64,000 nucleotides of DNA from Candidatus Bathyarchaeia archaeon (GTDB lineage: Archaea > Thermoproteota > Bathyarchaeia > Bathyarchaeales > Bathycorpusculaceae): the NCBI GenBank assembly GCA_049512075.1, contig JBEKXL010000007.1, positions 1-64,000 of the forward strand, in the 5' to 3' direction. How positions within the stretch are numbered: position 1 is the first letter of the stretch; the number at the start of each line of letters is the position of its first letter. Made by a program: the position numbers and the translations under genes. Positions 61,793 through 64,000 of this stretch are shown in pieces. The notes under the pieces are model-generated. The model made no database searches. It saw nothing but the letters and a program-made list of their open reading frames with translations, and was not told the DNA's origin.

Positions 61793-63319
61793 CTACACAG
61801 GCTCGTTTATTTTCTTTCCAGTCCTCTTTGTCCACTCTATTATGGGCACCGAGAACTGTTTTTCGACGTTAGGTCGATGTATGCTGTTGTAGGTGCAGAA
61901 GCATCTCACCTTGCCATCGGGTGTGGCATAGTGAATTGCACATCTTTGAACACGATCGATGTCTATGTTCCAGACATCCTGGAAGTGCATTATCCCAATC
62001 ATGACCATTCTGTGCATAAGGTCTCCTAGAGCCTCATAGCTTCCCTTGCGTACGATGTTCCCAATCAAGCCTCTAACAAAATCAGATTTTGCCATCGGCA
62101 GAAGCTTGAGCATCTTCATCTTTGCCATCGTCTTTTTGCCTTTCACTCCTGAGTAATAGACGTCCCAGAAAACTTCGGCAAATTTGTCAACATCTACGTA
62201 TCGCATAATGGGCTTGTAAGAACCATCCTTGTCAATAACCAAGAATGTTGCTGCGCCGCACATGGGACTCATCGTGAACTCTGGATAGGCTCTGTTCTTG
62301 ATGACGCCCATTCCCTTAGCAATCGGGACTGGCCAGTCAACTGGTCTCCAGTCAAACCGGCCGACAGCACCTTTCGTTTGTTCCTCTATTTCTTTCATCG
62401 TGTCGGGAATGGTTATCCGCATTTTTCGCATTTCCTCTTTTCTGGCTTTTCCAGCCATTGAAACTGGCTGGATGTTGATGCAGCGGACAACGTCATGGTT
62501 CTTGACCGCGAAGTCGATTATCTCTCCCAAGTCCTTGTCGTTGACACCTTTCGCCAGGGTGACAACCAGAACAATTGAGTGTAGTCCTAACTTTCTTGCG
62601 TTTTCTAGTACCTTCAACTTTATGGGAATCATGTCAGCCCTTGCTCTGGTCTTTTTGTAGATTTCTTCTCTCAAACCGTCAAACTGAAGGTAAAGGGTGC
62701 TTAGCCCAGAGTCCAGCAGCTTCTTGAAATATGCAGTGTCTTCAGCGATGCGAATACCGTTAGTGTTAACCTCCACATGAGTAATCCCAGCTTTTTGAGC
62801 CTCCTTAATCAGGTCTGGCAGATCGTTTCTCAACGTCGGCTCTCCTCCGCTGAACTGCAACGCGTTGCAAGCCCATGGACTGTTGGACCTGAGCACTTTC
62901 ATCATATCTACAATCTGATCATAAGAAGGCTCATACACGTAGTTGGTAGCTCCCACGTAAGCAAAACAGATTGGGCAAGCCATGTTGCACCTGTTCGTAA
63001 CGTCTATGATCCCTAGAATCGTGGGCGTCTTGTGTTGCGGGCAGATTCCACAGTCGAACGGACAACCATCAACAGTACTAGTGTGCGGCTTCTCTAGGCC
63101 GCTACCCGCATAGCGGGCATTGTGCCAGTTATTATTGAACCACTTGAAAAGCTCAGCATCACCCCAATAAACATCCTCAAACTTGCCATGCTCAGGGCAT
63201 GTCTTCTCAAGATAAATCACGCCGTCGTCCTCATATATCCTCATAGGAATTTTTTTCATGCATTCTGGACATAGACTAGTCGAATAGGTCTCAAACTTTG
63301 ATTCTTGTGGCTTCGCCAT
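61793..63319 (-). CDS. tes: radical SAM tetraether lipid synthase (Tes/GDGT-MAS family)
   Basis: SLCPEC..KTCPEHG, GCPFDCGIC, TNRCNMACPICFA, YLQFDG, RCAIHY...FCTYN. Confidence 0.88.
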   Translation of the reverse strand: MAKPQESKFETYSTSLCPECMKKIPMRIYEDDGVIYLEKTCPEHGKFEDVYWGDAELFKWFNNNWHNARYAGSGLEKPHTSTVDGCPFDCGICPQHKTPTILGIIDVTNRCNMACPICFAYVGATNYVYEPSYDQIVDMMKVLRSNSPWACNALQFSGGEPTLRNDLPDLIKEAQKAGITHVEVNTNGIRIAEDTAYFKKLLDSGLSTLYLQFDGLREEIYKKTRARADMIPIKLKVLENARKLGLHSIVLVVTLAKGVNDKDLGEIIDFAVKNHDVVRCINIQPVSMAGKARKEEMRKMRITIPDTMKEIEEQTKGAVGRFDWRPVDWPVPIAKGMGVIKNRAYPEFTMSPMCGAATFLVIDKDGSYKPIMRYVDVDKFAEVFWDVYYSGVKGKKTMAKMKMLKLLPMAKSDFVRGLIGNIVRKGSYEALGDLMHRMVMIGIMHFQDVWNIDIDRVQRCAIHYATPDGKVRCFCTYNSIHRPNVEKQFSVPIIEWTKRTGKKINEPV

Positions 63320-63577
63320 TCGAACACTTTCCTAGGATACGAATACTACGTAGAAACGGAAGCTGTTAATAAATGGTAAAGTGAGCGGCTACACACCAAG
63401 TGCATAAACGAGAACTCAAGAGATCGGACAACAGCTTCTTTTCTAGAGCTCGCGAAAGTCTGCTCCAACCAACTTACGAAGGCAGATCCACATTCCGTAA
63501 TTACAACTTTGCTCTAGCTCTTCAACAAGGCTTGGTCAAAACGTATATGAAGTGTGGTTCGTCACTAAAGTTTAGAG

Positions 63578-64000
63578 ATGGCTCCGTTGCGTCTGAAAAT
63601 TCAAGTCACAGGCATAGTTCAGGGAGTGGGTTTTCGACCGTTTGTTTATCGAATAGCCGTGCGAAACGGGCTTTCTGGTTATGTTAAGAACCGAGCAGAT
63701 GCCGGAGTGGAAATTTTGCTGGAAGGTCAAGAGCAGGCCATCCAAGAATTTTTGAAGAATTTGAAAGAGAACAAACCGCTCTTGGCCCAGTTTCACCACA
63801 TTATCACCTCGAAGCTTCCGGGAAAGAATGAATGCACAGAATTCGTGATAAAGAAAAGTTCCAATGAAGCTGAGCTGTCAGGTTCAGTCATCCCGCCTGA
63901 CATTGCCATTTGTGATGACTGCCTCAGAGAGCTTCGAGATCCCAAAGATCCGCGGTTTGAGTACTTCTTCATCACGTGTACAAACTGCGGACCAAGATTC
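63578..64000 (+). CDS. hypF: hydrogenase maturation carbamoyltransferase, 5' part (runs off window)
   Basis: Manual translation: GIVQGVGFRPFVYRIA...PPDIAICDDC...FITCTNCGPRF. Confidence 0.93.
   Translation, partial: MAPLRLKIQVTGIVQGVGFRPFVYRIAVRNGLSGYVKNRADAGVEILLEGQEQAIQEFLKNLKENKPLLAQFHHIITSKLPGKNECTEFVIKKSSNEAELSGSVIPPDIAICDDCLRELRDPKDPRFEYFFITCTNCGPRF

Overview
Archaeal chromosomal window; gene content and protein style suggest an anaerobic Bathyarchaeia-like genome (inference; eS1, AlaX-M, Tes and nurA-herA-mre11-rad50 establish Archaea). It holds ordinary housekeeping and metabolic blocks: membrane H+-PPase, nurA-herA-mre11-rad50, HdrC-GltD/HdrA-MvhD/korDABC, rps3Ae, serS, nfnSL/sudBA, trxB, HdrD/HdrA-MvhD, AlaX, a beta-oxidation cluster with etfBA, tetraether synthase and a partial hypF. 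Single accessory genes lie between them (VapBC, XamI-family R-M, MFS, proteases, NosD/dockerin protein). The unusual signal is intergenic. About 25 (TA)GCGCGC(GC)(TA) motifs sit at module boundaries. The pieces they delimit include five differently deleted copies of a small wHTH gene (two with co-varying terminal inverted repeats), a casposase-like cas1 fragment, a tRNA-3'-like scrap, a second inverted-repeat mini-element and intact promoter+gene cassettes. Two direct ~80-nt repeats ending in tRNA-3'-like sequence also occur near the window start. This suggests an undescribed GCGCGC-anchored cassette integration or shuffling system, but no intact recombinase is visible here and the mechanism is inferred. 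No CRISPR array, rRNA or intact tRNA gene was seen.
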